A stretch of 64,000 nucleotides of DNA from Patescibacteria group bacterium (lineage in GTDB: Bacteria > Patescibacteriota > Microgenomatia > Levybacterales > GWA1-39-11), in the NCBI GenBank assembly GCA_035549295.1, contig DASZRG010000033.1, forward strand, positions 2,304 through 66,303, in the 5' to 3' direction. The notes under the pieces are model-generated. The model made no database searches. It was not told where the DNA came from and saw only the letters and a list, made by a program, of their open reading frames with translations. A program made the translations under genes and the position numbers. This document shows, one piece after another, positions 39,920 through 50,232 of the stretch (its first letter is position 1; every line of letters begins with the position of its first letter).

Positions 39920-40552
39920 ATGGATAACAAGTGGACACAAATACCAACTGACGAAGTCATCAACGCAACAATCGCGGCTCTCGATGCAAATAATATCGAA
40001 GCATTCGTTGTTGAAAACGGAGAAGATGCTAAAAAAAAGTTCTTTGAACTAGTCCCCGAGGGATCTGAGATATTCACAAATACCTCGACTACCCTCGATA
40101 CTCTTGGGATAACTGAAGTTTTGAACAACTCAGGTAAATACACATCGATAAAAAACAAAGTTATGGAGCTTGCCAAAAGTGAGCCTGAAAATGCAATTCA
40201 CCGCAAACAAATCGGAAGTGCCATGCCGTACGCTACCGGATCAGTCCACGCAATTACAGCTGATGGACATCTACTGATAGCATCTGGGTCCGGCAGTCAG
40301 CTCCCGGGATATGCTTATGGAGCTGATCACATAGTATGGATTGCTGGAGCACACAAGTTAGTAAAAGATGTGAATGAGGGAATCAAGAGAATTTATGAGC
40401 ACTCTCTCCCGCTTGAGTCCGCACGAATGAACAAAGTATATAACACTACAACCGGAAGCAACCCAAGAAGAATACTCATATTTAATAACGAAAACGATAT
40501 GAACAAGGCAAGAACAAAACTAATAATAGTCAAGGAAGTCCTTGGATTCTAG
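39920..40552 (+). CDS. LUD-domain (lactate utilization) protein
   Basis: SVHAITADG, SGSGSQ and AGAHKLV motifs; terminal EVLGF. Confidence 0.8.
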   Translation: MDNKWTQIPTDEVINATIAALDANNIEAFVVENGEDAKKKFFELVPEGSEIFTNTSTTLDTLGITEVLNNSGKYTSIKNKVMELAKSEPENAIHRKQIGSAMPYATGSVHAITADGHLLIASGSGSQLPGYAYGADHIVWIAGAHKLVKDVNEGIKRIYEHSLPLESARMNKVYNTTTGSNPRRILIFNNENDMNKARTKLIIVKEVLGF

Positions 40553-40601
40553 AGAAGAGATTATCACGGATTTAAAACAGATTTTCACAGATAGCCGCTG
40601 A

Positions 40602-41114
40602 CTAGTTATTTGAATTTAAGTTCCTCATAAAAATATCGTATTCAAATACAGTTTCTGGATTTTCCCATGGAAGGATAGGTAGTAAATACGGACCTGACTT
40701 ATCACTTGAAAGTTGGACAATAATACCTAACTGACTGTTGAGTTTCGCATCATGCGAATCACTCATATCGAGATGCTTCATGTAATTACTCCACAAATCT
40801 TTTTTAACATTGGTGTAGTCTCCAATCCCCATCTCTTCTAGATTTCGACCTATCTCTATTTGGCGGTTCCGTAATATTTTTAGCTGAAGTGGGTTTTGAA
40901 GGGGAACATGCTCCTCTAGTGTAAGAAGCTCAACAAACGCAAGATAAGAGTAAAAATCTCCGAGGAGCATATTTGCATAGTCTTCAGAAATATTTACAAG
41001 ATTTCTTGTTTTTTCACATTCACGATCAAAAGCAAAAAGAGCAATATCGGCTCTTGGCGATTCGGGTATCTTGCGCTCATCATCACGCTGACCACCTACA
41101 ATTATTATTTCCAC
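40602..41114 (-). CDS. hypothetical protein
   Basis: 170-aa ORF coupled to the era stop codon. Confidence 0.65.
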   Translation of the reverse strand: MEIIIVGGQRDDERKIPESPRADIALFAFDRECEKTRNLVNISEDYANMLLGDFYSYLAFVELLTLEEHVPLQNPLQLKILRNRQIEIGRNLEEMGIGDYTNVKKDLWSNYMKHLDMSDSHDAKLNSQLGIIVQLSSDKSGPYLLPILPWENPETVFEYDIFMRNLNSNN

Positions 41115-41947
41115 TACTCTTCGACCTCCACTGTGAGTTCGAGGAAGATTTTCTGGCCGGTCGCGACTTCTAGTTCTTTGCGGCTCATGCTGCCTATAAC
41201 CTTTATTTTTGATCCACCTGAGCCTATTATCATTTTTTTATACTTTGTCTCGGTTGTTATGATGCGTGCCTTGATATAAAAAATGCCGTTGTCGCGGGGT
41301 GCAACCTCATCAACTACAACACGTATTTTATAAGGCAACTCATCGCGAAGGATTAAAAATGCTTTTTCGCGGATGTTCTCCTCGATATAAAGCTTGGAAT
41401 CAAGATTCATAGCTGGTGTCGGCATGTCCTCGCGAATCACCATCTTCTCACCCTCAGGAAGATACTCAACAATTTTCTGGACAAGAGGGCCCAAATTTTT
41501 TACTTTGAGTGCTGACACTTCAACCACTGCGTCAAACTCATCTTCTAGAAATTTGTACTCCTCACTATAATCCGGCCCTTTTTGGTCAATTTTATTGATT
41601 ACTAGTATTTTAGGCTTGTTAACTTTGCGAAGAATTCCAAGCACTCTATTCTCCTCAATTCCACGGCGCCTCGTGTGGTCGACTACATAGAGAACTACAT
41701 CGATGTCGTTTTTGAGAGTCTGCTCTGCCTGCAAATTGATGTCATGGTTATATGACTTGGCAAAAATACCAGGAGTGTCTACGAACATAATCTGAGCATA
41801 CTCGTCCTCATATACTGCGTATGTTGAAAATTGAGTTGTCTGAGGTTTGGGAGAAGTTATTGCTACTTTTTGCCCCACCAAATTATTGACAAGTGTTGAC
41901 TTGCCAGAATTCGGCCGACCAATTAAAGCTACTGTTCCTACCTTCAT
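41114..41947 (-). CDS. era: GTPase Era
   Basis: GRPNSGKST, PQTT, DTPG, NKID and KH domain. Confidence 0.96.
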   Translation of the reverse strand: MKVGTVALIGRPNSGKSTLVNNLVGQKVAITSPKPQTTQFSTYAVYEDEYAQIMFVDTPGIFAKSYNHDINLQAEQTLKNDIDVVLYVVDHTRRRGIEENRVLGILRKVNKPKILVINKIDQKGPDYSEEYKFLEDEFDAVVEVSALKVKNLGPLVQKIVEYLPEGEKMVIREDMPTPAMNLDSKLYIEENIREKAFLILRDELPYKIRVVVDEVAPRDNGIFYIKARIITTETKYKKMIIGSGGSKIKVIGSMSRKELEVATGQKIFLELTVEVEE

Positions 41948-42126
41948 TGTTGAAAACTTAAAATGGTACCCTTAGGAGTCCCGATCTTATCGGGACGACG
42001 TAAGGTGACTTTCATAGACATGAATTTTACCATAAATCGTGCCTAACATAAAGAATTTTAAGCTTGAAAATTCAAAATACATTGATTGCGCCTTACCAAA
42101 CGAGTCTCATGTGATAAAATCCCCCT

Positions 42127-43692
42127 ATGAAGATTTTATTCGTGGGTGCTGAGGTTGCACCATTTGTGTCAGTCGGTGGTCTTTCTCAAGTCAGCTATTT
42201 CCTACCCCGCGCACTTCAAAAAAGAGGAAATGATGTAAGGATATTTACTGCTCGACATGGCGCAATGGATGAAGTCAAGGAAAAATTCCAGCTGAAGATG
42301 AAAATAAAATCTCTAAAAGTTCCTGTTGCATCTGAAAATGATAAGAAAAAAAGGACTACAAAACAAAAATATATTGCGTGTCGAGTTTCAACATACAGCA
42401 AAACTGGCGAGCCTACTACATATTTTCTTGAAAACCGCGAATATTACGAACTCCGCGCCAATGTATTCGGATACAAAGATGATCATGTCCGATTTGCCCT
42501 ACTTTCAAAAGGAATACTTGAGGCTCTGCTTCAGATGAAAAAGAAAAAAGACACCGATTGGTGGCCTGACCTGATACATGCCAATGACTGGCATACTGGA
42601 TACTTTATCGACATGGCGCGCGAGGATCCCAGGTACAAAAAACTTCTTGAAAACATACCGATTGTTTTTACAGTTCACAACTTTTTCTATCAAGGAAATA
42701 TCAATTTCCGATATATACATGAGCGAGAGCGCGACACTGGATCAACACCTCTTATGAGTCTTGATTCTCCTCGGCTTCTGAGACAAAATCCTCTGCTTCG
42801 CGGACTAATTTACGCTGATGAGGTGAATACTGTGAGTCCGACACATGCGATAGAGGTCTTAACGCCAGAGTATGCCGAAGGGCTTGATAAAACGCTTAAC
42901 AAAATTCGAGGAAAACTTACGGGAATTCTCAATGGTCTTGATACAAAAGAATTTAATCCCGAGACTGATCCGTTGATTATAAAAAATTATTCCATTTCAT
43001 CTTTTGCGGCGGCGAGGCGGGTCAATAAAGCAAATTTACAAAAAGAGTTTGGACTTGAGGAAAAGCCTGATGCACCAATCATTGCGGTTTTGGGTCGAAT
43101 CTCGGCTCAAAAGGGCTGGGAGCTCATACTTGATGTACTACCCCATCTACTTGTTGAACGACCCAATGTACAAATAATCGTACTAGGACAAGGAGATGAA
43201 AAATACCAAAATGATTTAATCAATATTCAAAGAAGATTTCCAAATCAAGTTGGTCTTCATATGCAGCGCGACTTTAGACTACCGAGAAAAATATATTCCG
43301 GAGCTGACATGATACTTATTCCTAGCCTTTTTGAACCAGGAGGAATCGTCGCGCTTGAAGCGTTGCGCTATGGAACGGTGCCAATAGTCAGACGAACCGG
43401 TGGACTCAACGATGTAGTAGCCGACTTCAATCCAAATACTGGTGTTGGGAACGGATTTTCATTCACACAAAAAAGTCCATGGTCTCTCTATGGATCGATC
43501 GTCTCAGCGCTATCTCTATATGAGAATTCAAAACTCTGGAATACTCTTGTGCGAAATTGTCTCAAGTCCGACTTCTCATGGGATCAAACGGCCGGTGAAT
43601 ATGACAGATGGTATCAGAAAGCTCTAGAGGAACGCCGCCGCGCGACAGACATCAATCCATCCCCCGCGTATAAGATAACGGTCGAGAAGTAG
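42127..43692 (+). CDS. glgA: glycogen synthase
   Basis: EVAPF..GGL, HANDWHT, PSLFEPGG and RRTGGL motifs. Confidence 0.92.
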   Translation: MKILFVGAEVAPFVSVGGLSQVSYFLPRALQKRGNDVRIFTARHGAMDEVKEKFQLKMKIKSLKVPVASENDKKKRTTKQKYIACRVSTYSKTGEPTTYFLENREYYELRANVFGYKDDHVRFALLSKGILEALLQMKKKKDTDWWPDLIHANDWHTGYFIDMAREDPRYKKLLENIPIVFTVHNFFYQGNINFRYIHERERDTGSTPLMSLDSPRLLRQNPLLRGLIYADEVNTVSPTHAIEVLTPEYAEGLDKTLNKIRGKLTGILNGLDTKEFNPETDPLIIKNYSISSFAAARRVNKANLQKEFGLEEKPDAPIIAVLGRISAQKGWELILDVLPHLLVERPNVQIIVLGQGDEKYQNDLINIQRRFPNQVGLHMQRDFRLPRKIYSGADMILIPSLFEPGGIVALEALRYGTVPIVRRTGGLNDVVADFNPNTGVGNGFSFTQKSPWSLYGSIVSALSLYENSKLWNTLVRNCLKSDFSWDQTAGEYDRWYQKALEERRRATDINPSPAYKITVEK

Positions 43693-43803
43693 GAGTTGGC
43701 ATTTGGCAATTAGCTGTTAGTTTAAAACTCTACTCTAAAATTATTACTAAGTGCTAACCCCTAAACGCTAACTCCCAACTCGTAAATCTGCTAAGATATT
43801 AGC

Positions 43804-45507
43804 ATGCAGGATAATCTCAATTTCTTTGACGAATTTAACAAATCACCCGAAAAAGAAACCTTGAAGAATAACCCAATTGCGTATTTTTGTGCAGAATTCG
43901 CTCTAACTAGCAGCATGCCAATCTATGCAGGAGGGCTTGGGGTTTTGGCTGGTGACCTGCTTCGCGAAGCTAGCGATCGCAGCTTTCCAATAGTCGGCGT
44001 TGGCCTTTATTATAACGACGGGTATGAAACTCTTCACAATGTGAATGAGGAAGGATTTATCGCGGCCCCTCATATACATAAGTCTCCAGAGTCATTTGGT
44101 CTTGAACCAGTCATGGGAGACAATGAAAAACCTATAAAAATCACCATCCCGATTGAAGGGCGGCAAGTGGCGGTGCGCGCATGGCGATGGCAAACAGGAA
44201 CAATTCCAGTATTTCTACTCGATACTGATTGCGAAGAAAATGCTTCAGATGACCGACGGATAACAGATCATTTGTATGTAATCGATCGTCAGATGAGACT
44301 CAAGCAAGAAATAGTTCTCGGAATAGGAGGCGCTCGCATGCTGAGAGAATTTAAAGTTGATCCGGCTGCATACCACATGAACGATGGACATCCAAGCCTA
44401 CTCTCCTATGAACTAATAGGACGGCTAATAAAAGAAAAGCATTTGAGTTTTGATGATGCGGTCCGAGAAGCTTCTGGAAAGATTGTATTTACAAACCATA
44501 CTCTCGTTACAGGTGGACAAGAGATATTCAACGATGATCTCATCTCGCTTCTTTTATCTGACTTCATGGAAGAGATGGGTATCCCAGCCAACAATTTTTT
44601 GTCTCTTGGAAGGATTCAAGACGCCTCATCATTCTCTCTGACGCAATTATCATTCAATGTCGCAGGTGCGACAAATGCCGTTAGCAAAATTCACTCAAAA
44701 TACGCAAAAGGCCTCTGGCCCAATCACCCACTTCAACCCATCACAAACGGCATACACGTACCGTCGTGGAATGGGATCAAAGATGAGGCCTTCTGGGAGT
44801 CACATATTGAGAATAAGCGGGCACTTCTTGCCAAAATTCACATGATGAAAAATCTGGATTGGCAAGATACAGACTTTATAATCGCCTGGGCGAGAAGGCT
44901 CGTGGAATACAAGAGGCCCACTGCAATGCTTGACGATATAGCAAAATTAAAAGAAATGTTAAACAATTCAGATAAGCCTGTCAGATTTGTTTTCTCAGGC
45001 CGTCTGCATCCAAGTGACACAACAGGTGAAGAAATACTAAAAAAAGTCGTAGAAATGATTGAAAAAGAAGTTCCTGGATCTGCCGTATTTCTGCCGGACT
45101 ATGACCTAGACCTTGCAAGACTTTTGACTTCTGGATGTGATATATGGGTCAATACGCCTATTGTCGGATTTGAAGCTTGCGGAACGAGCGGTATGAAAGC
45201 AGCACTGAATGGCGTACTACCTGTCTCAACTCTTGACGGGTGGATAGCCGAAATAGATCTTTTGGGTCGCGGCTTTCCACTTGATAACGATAATATCACG
45301 GCATCATTAATGGGGATTTTGAAAAATGAAATTATTCCACTTTTTTTTGAGAGGGATGAAAAAGGAGTTCCTCAAAAGTGGTTAGCAAATATGAAAAATT
45401 GTCGTGAGATGATAAAAAATGATTTCTCAGCAACAAGAATGTTACGAGAGTATATTGAAAGATTATATACGCCTTTTATTTCACGAACTGAGTCTCACCC
45501 TCTGTAA
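43804..45507 (+). CDS. glgP: alpha-glucan phosphorylase
   Basis: YAGGLGVLAGD and EACGTSGMKA (PLP lysine). Confidence 0.93.
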   Translation: MQDNLNFFDEFNKSPEKETLKNNPIAYFCAEFALTSSMPIYAGGLGVLAGDLLREASDRSFPIVGVGLYYNDGYETLHNVNEEGFIAAPHIHKSPESFGLEPVMGDNEKPIKITIPIEGRQVAVRAWRWQTGTIPVFLLDTDCEENASDDRRITDHLYVIDRQMRLKQEIVLGIGGARMLREFKVDPAAYHMNDGHPSLLSYELIGRLIKEKHLSFDDAVREASGKIVFTNHTLVTGGQEIFNDDLISLLLSDFMEEMGIPANNFLSLGRIQDASSFSLTQLSFNVAGATNAVSKIHSKYAKGLWPNHPLQPITNGIHVPSWNGIKDEAFWESHIENKRALLAKIHMMKNLDWQDTDFIIAWARRLVEYKRPTAMLDDIAKLKEMLNNSDKPVRFVFSGRLHPSDTTGEEILKKVVEMIEKEVPGSAVFLPDYDLDLARLLTSGCDIWVNTPIVGFEACGTSGMKAALNGVLPVSTLDGWIAEIDLLGRGFPLDNDNITASLMGILKNEIIPLFFERDEKGVPQKWLANMKNCREMIKNDFSATRMLREYIERLYTPFISRTESHPL

Positions 45508-46233
45508 GCCACTTCTCTTGTGGATGTAGAAGAACTGATGCTAGATCAACGCCCTCTTTGTTAAATATGTGACCATAAAGTGCAACAAGCCGCCCAGCAT
45601 CTACTCGTGTTGTCATGCGAATAATATCTTTTTCTCGTAAGCCCTCCGCAACCAGCGCAGTATAAAACTCCTCATCAGGCACATAAACATCCAGACTTTC
45701 GCTGGGTCGATCTAAAAAAATAGATTGCTTCAAAAAGTCGTCAGGTAATGGAAAATTTTCAGCACGCCTATAATCGTAGGGGTAGTATGCCAGTATATTT
45801 AATTCTACTTCAGTTCTTAATGAGTCGCTCTCCTCAAAATACCTAATGGCCTCTTTCTTTTTGGGATATATATCACTGTTGCGCTCCGCCATTAGCACGG
45901 TAGACGCAATCATATGCAGAGGGTGAAATTTATCAAGATCAGTATAGTCAGGGCTCTTAGCGTTAAAATGAAATCGCCCTATTTGCCCAGATGGTTGATA
46001 ATATCCAAATCTTGCTGACTCACGCGCCATAATACCAACTAGTTTCCAATAAGATGGGTTCGTCGCACGATGAGGATGCTTCGACGTTTCTTCTAGAAGT
46101 AATTCAACATAATTATTTTCTTGAAAATAAAAAAATCGCTTTTTGATGTAAGATAAGCCTCAGCGCTTTGCGCATCATGTATCGCATCGATTTTCGCTCT
46201 CTGCTGAGCAGGCTGCAGTATCTCAACCCCCAT
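45476..46233 (-). pseudogene. hypothetical gene split by a frameshift at a 7-nt homopolymer
   Basis: ATG 46233 after TGGTATAAT. The frame stops after 46 codons, while the -1 frame from the T7 run (46129-46135) continues into ORF 45476-46030. Confidence 0.65.
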
Positions 46234-46355
46234 AGCCGCCAATTATACCAAAATCAACCTAACAACGATAACTATAAGTCTCCATTACTAGCCAGAACAG
46301 CTAAGTTGCCCCAATTCCGCATTAAATGTAGGGGAAAGATTTATTGCGGAAGACT

Positions 46356-46371
46356 GTATGATCGATCATAC
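46356..46371. repeat. perfect palindrome GTATGATCGATCATAC (copy 1 of 3)
   Basis: Also at 46788-46803 and 47454-47469. Confidence 0.9.
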
Positions 46372-46379
46372 TATCTCTA

Positions 46380-46793
46380 ATGGCAAGGGTCTCAAAGTAC
46401 AGAGTTGAATACAAAACATATATCCAGATTTTGGATACTTTGGATTTGGTTCTGGGAAAAATGAAAAAAGACGAAGTCCGCTCTTTTCTGTTTTCGCTCC
46501 TTGGGAGAAATGAACGAATAATGATTGCAAAAAGATTTATGGCAATCTTACTTCTGCAGAGAGGCGTAAGCGTATCAGAAATTGCGAAAAGACTTAAACT
46601 CACTAGGCAAACGATTTACAGATTGGATGAAATAAAAGAATTAAAGAGTCATGGATTTCTTCTCGCTCTAAAGAAAGTGAATCAAGATGAACTTAACCGT
46701 GGAATAAAAAAGATTCTATTGGATGTTGCTAAAGAAATGGGATCAAGTCGGAAAGGTATTGGATGGCAAAACGTCCTAAAGGAACATGTATGA
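46380..46793 (+). CDS. YerC/YecD TrpR-related HTH protein
   Basis: LLGRNERIMIAKR ... GVSVSEIAKRLKLTRQTIYR. Confidence 0.75.
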   Translation: MARVSKYRVEYKTYIQILDTLDLVLGKMKKDEVRSFLFSLLGRNERIMIAKRFMAILLLQRGVSVSEIAKRLKLTRQTIYRLDEIKELKSHGFLLALKKVNQDELNRGIKKILLDVAKEMGSSRKGIGWQNVLKEHV

Positions 46794-46874
46794 TCGATCA
46801 TACATGTTCTTGGAAGTGATTATAAAGGAGCTTAAACAAGCTACCAATAATAAGTAACTGCATGATTCTTATCG

Positions 46875-47426
46875 CTACCAACCTTGTTCTTTATATTTCC
46901 TAACTATTTGGGGGAATTTTTTGGAAAAAACCTTAATTTTGTCTGTCATAACGAATAGGTCTTTTATCTGATATAAGTCAGGATTTTTCATATATTTCTT
47001 GATCCACGAGATCGCGTCTTCTATATCTTCAGCTATATAGTCTGTTGAAATAAATAAAAATGGATTTATAAAATCTTTCACAATTACTCCCTGAAATACT
47101 ATATTCGGCTTTCTGTGATGTGAATTTTTGGGAATGATGGCAATAACAGGTTTTTTAAATTGTTTTGCCATGAGTATTTCTTGCGCAGTCCCAGCACCAA
47201 TTTTTTCTGCCGCGTGAACAATTGCTATATCTGTGTGTTTTATAAGGTATAAATCATGTCCAACCACCGTTTCAGGTCCTTCTTTATCATTTATCAAGTC
47301 GCCATGAAGAAAATTTGCATTAGGAATTGCTTTACTGATCTTTCCGACATAATCAGTCTTCCAATCAATCCAATTTTTCCTAACCTCATCTCCCTTGGGA
47401 ATACTTCCAAGAAGAATTATTTTCAT
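46875..47426 (-). CDS. nucleoside 2-deoxyribosyltransferase-like protein
   Basis: DLYLIKHTD ... GAGTAQE ... KPVI pattern. Confidence 0.6.
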   Translation of the reverse strand: MKIILLGSIPKGDEVRKNWIDWKTDYVGKISKAIPNANFLHGDLINDKEGPETVVGHDLYLIKHTDIAIVHAAEKIGAGTAQEILMAKQFKKPVIAIIPKNSHHRKPNIVFQGVIVKDFINPFLFISTDYIAEDIEDAISWIKKYMKNPDLYQIKDLFVMTDKIKVFSKKFPQIVRKYKEQGW

Positions 47427-47540
47427 ATTTTTGAATTATAGCAAAGAGGAAAAGTATGATCGATCATACTTTTTCTTAGGAAGGATTGCATTGAAGCTTA
47501 AAATCTTGCAGCTTGGCGGAGATTGCGGGAAAGTATTATG

Positions 47541-48053
47541 TTAGTTTTTGACCATTTCAATCTTTGGTAAAACTTTTCCGCTCGCAAAAATTACTGGGTC
47601 GTCGCTTGTGGGACCATTTTCTACAAACCCAAGTTTTTTGTAAAAGTTGATAGCTTTTTGGTTGTAAGAAACTACATTAAGAGAAATTTTCCCAGCTCCC
47701 AATTGTTCAAGTCCTTTTTCCAACAATGCTCGTCCGATTCCTTGTTCTTGATATTCAGGTAATACGAATATAGCCGCAATTTTTCTGTTTGGTATATCAA
47801 CTCCCATAAATCCGACAATTTCTCCTCCGTCTTTGGCAACCAAAGAGACGGAAGTGTCAGTATTTTTTATGATTTCGGCAATTTCTTCAGTTCTTTCAGG
47901 AGTTAACATTTCATTTGTTTTCGAATCGATATCTTCACGAGTAATTCCTAATTCTTCATTTGGATAAGTTTGAAGCCAAGTTATTTTTTGGATTTCCCTA
48001 AATCTTTTTGCATCCTCAGGTCTTGCAGGAAGTATTTTGATATTATTGTTCAT
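47541..48053 (-). CDS. GNAT acetyltransferase
   Basis: VLPEYQEQGIG and NQKAINFYKKLGF motifs. Confidence 0.9.
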   Translation of the reverse strand: MNNNIKILPARPEDAKRFREIQKITWLQTYPNEELGITREDIDSKTNEMLTPERTEEIAEIIKNTDTSVSLVAKDGGEIVGFMGVDIPNRKIAAIFVLPEYQEQGIGRALLEKGLEQLGAGKISLNVVSYNQKAINFYKKLGFVENGPTSDDPVIFASGKVLPKIEMVKN

Positions 48054-48166
48054 GCATTAATTATATCAGGAGTACGATCCAGCTCCTTTTGCAGGCATTA
48101 GTCAGCGATCTTCGAACAATGTGGCATAAAATAAGCTCTTTTGATATTGGACAACTTCAAAAGTTC

Positions 48167-48898
48167 TTAGCTCTCCAGCCCGCTTTTTAGGAAATTAAGT
48201 TCCTCTTGATATACAGGTTGTACCACATCATAATCCCACGAACTATGATCTTGTCCAGCGAGTATCATTACTGATTGTCCTTTTTGTTTTACTTTATCTA
48301 TAACTTGATTTCGCAACTCTTCACTTATATATTTATCATTTTCTCCGTAAACAAGGTGTATCTTACCCGTATAATTATCTAAACAATCAAAAAAGTTTGC
48401 ATTTCTAGCTTCCTGCCAAAATGTTCCTTTGTATCTCTGTCCACCTTCTTCATAAACTACATTAGCGTCTTTATCAAATGTAGATTTAGGATCAGGAACC
48501 CACACAATTATAGCTGGGATTTTACCTCTTAATTCTTCTTTTGAAGTAGCTATCATCGCTGTAGTTGCTCCCATACTCTGACCGAGAAGTATTACTTTAT
48601 AGTCTTTATCTAAGTACTTTTTAGCAAAATATGCTGTTGTATTTACCCAATCGTTAAAAGAGGAGTTTATATAATCTCCTTCTGAGTTCCCACTACATGC
48701 TTGATCAAAACGTAAGCTAGAAAATCCTTCTTTCAAAAGGAGCTGTTCAAAATCAACAAAAGTCCTTGCAGGGCCAATAGATGTTCCCCTGAAACCGTGA
48801 CTCATAATCACAATTTTATTCTGAGGGTTTTCTGGCTCTGTAAGAATGTTAAAAATTTCTCTCCCATTTATTATTTCAAAACTAACTTGTTTATTCAT
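48167..48898 (-). CDS. alpha/beta hydrolase
   Basis: HGF, GQSMG, GEND and DH catalytic motifs. Confidence 0.88.
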   Translation of the reverse strand: MNKQVSFEIINGREIFNILTEPENPQNKIVIMSHGFRGTSIGPARTFVDFEQLLLKEGFSSLRFDQACSGNSEGDYINSSFNDWVNTTAYFAKKYLDKDYKVILLGQSMGATTAMIATSKEELRGKIPAIIVWVPDPKSTFDKDANVVYEEGGQRYKGTFWQEARNANFFDCLDNYTGKIHLVYGENDKYISEELRNQVIDKVKQKGQSVMILAGQDHSSWDYDVVQPVYQEELNFLKSGLES

Positions 48899-48973
48899 AT
48901 TGCGATTATCTCAAACCCGCAGAAGAATATAAAGAGTTGATGAAGAGTTCGAGGATAGTACATCCAGAGTTTG

Positions 48974-49044
48974 CAGGGACGCAGGGATTCGAACCCTGAA
49001 AAAAGGTTTTGGAGACCTCTATGATACCATTTCATCACATCCCT
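48974..49044 (-). tRNA. tRNA-Trp(CCA)
   Basis: Acceptor stem AGGGATG/CGTCCCT, anticodon loop CTCCAAA, T-loop GGTTCGAATCC. Confidence 0.9.
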
Positions 49045-49146
49045 TCGCTCATGGTGCCCAAAAGCACCCTCCAATTATATTTAAATTCAACCTCATATTC
49101 AACGGCAGGAGGGATTCGAACGTACCTCATTTGATATAATCTCAGC

Positions 49147-49671
49147 ATGAACTTATTGGAAGAAGTTATCGAATCAGAAAGACTAAAGCTGGTTCCAACC
49201 TCAGAGGAATATGCTCAAGACATCTATAAAGAATTTACTCGAGAGATAACTGAGTACATGTACCCAAAATCAGCAGATGACGTTTCAGAAACCTTAGAAT
49301 TCATTAAGTTTTCGAGAGATAAAATGGAAACAGGTGAACAATTGCAGGTTGTAATTCTCAATAAAAATACAGGTGAATTTTTAGGACACGGAGGAATAAA
49401 TCATCTTGATTCAGGTACCCCCGAATTAGGCATTTGGATAAAAAGAGATGCTCATGGTAACAAGTATGGATTAGAGGCAATACATGCATTAAAGAACTGG
49501 ATTGATAGAAATTTGTCATATAGATATATCTTCTATCCCGTTGATAATCGGAACATTGCAAGCAGGAAAATAGCAGAAAGTTTAGGTGGAATAATTGAAG
49601 ATGAATACAAAAAAACAAACATGCAGGGAAATATTTTAGACATGGTCGAATATAGAATTTATCCGAAATAA
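49147..49671 (+). CDS. RimJ/RimL-type GNAT acetyltransferase
   Basis: SERLKL, ELGIWI, HGNKYG and NIASRKIAESLG motifs. Confidence 0.88.
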   Translation: MNLLEEVIESERLKLVPTSEEYAQDIYKEFTREITEYMYPKSADDVSETLEFIKFSRDKMETGEQLQVVILNKNTGEFLGHGGINHLDSGTPELGIWIKRDAHGNKYGLEAIHALKNWIDRNLSYRYIFYPVDNRNIASRKIAESLGGIIEDEYKKTNMQGNILDMVEYRIYPK

Positions 49672-49801
49672 TACTTTCCTACAAAGTTTACAAGAACCCA
49701 CCACACTCATCTCGGGTTCGCTTGTGAACGTAGCCTGCAACGGATTTAGCTTCAAATTTTATACAACCACGGAGGAATTCGACCTCTGATATAATAACCG
49801 G

Positions 49802-50152
49802 ATGAAAAGATACATATTTATATTTATCAATGTCATCCTCGCTTGTTTTTTTGCATTATTGTTGTTGAGTTCACCTTACGTCGCAATTCAAGGAGACAAT
49901 ATCTTTCGCCTTTTGAATATTTACTGGGGAAATATTGTCATTTTTCTCTTTATAGTAATCAACTGCACGACTGCTTATAAACTTTCCATTAAGACTGAGC
50001 AAAAGAATCTTAATAGATATATGTTATGGACGTTTTTTACAATTGTTGGTTTCTTTGTAGTTTTTGTAGTTGGAGTTGCGCTCTCCTCGTCAGAAGCTCC
50101 AACGGGTCCAACACCCGAAGAGGTTTTTAGGCTTCAGATTATAAAGTTATAA
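49802..50152 (+). CDS. hypothetical membrane protein
   Basis: Three TM segments; leaderless-type promoter. Confidence 0.65.
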   Translation: MKRYIFIFINVILACFFALLLLSSPYVAIQGDNIFRLLNIYWGNIVIFLFIVINCTTAYKLSIKTEQKNLNRYMLWTFFTIVGFFVVFVVGVALSSSEAPTGPTPEEVFRLQIIKL

Positions 50153-50232
50153 CTTCCTACACCTGAACAGCTGATAGGGTTCTCGTTATAGTGTTAATTT
50201 GATTTTTTGATTTTGTTTGGTAAAGTAAATTT

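Noticed and set aside
48974-49044. Genetic code 25 (UGA recoding)
   Set aside because: Several long genes end in TGA, no internal TGA is needed to keep frames open, and the tRNA-Trp anticodon is the standard CCA.
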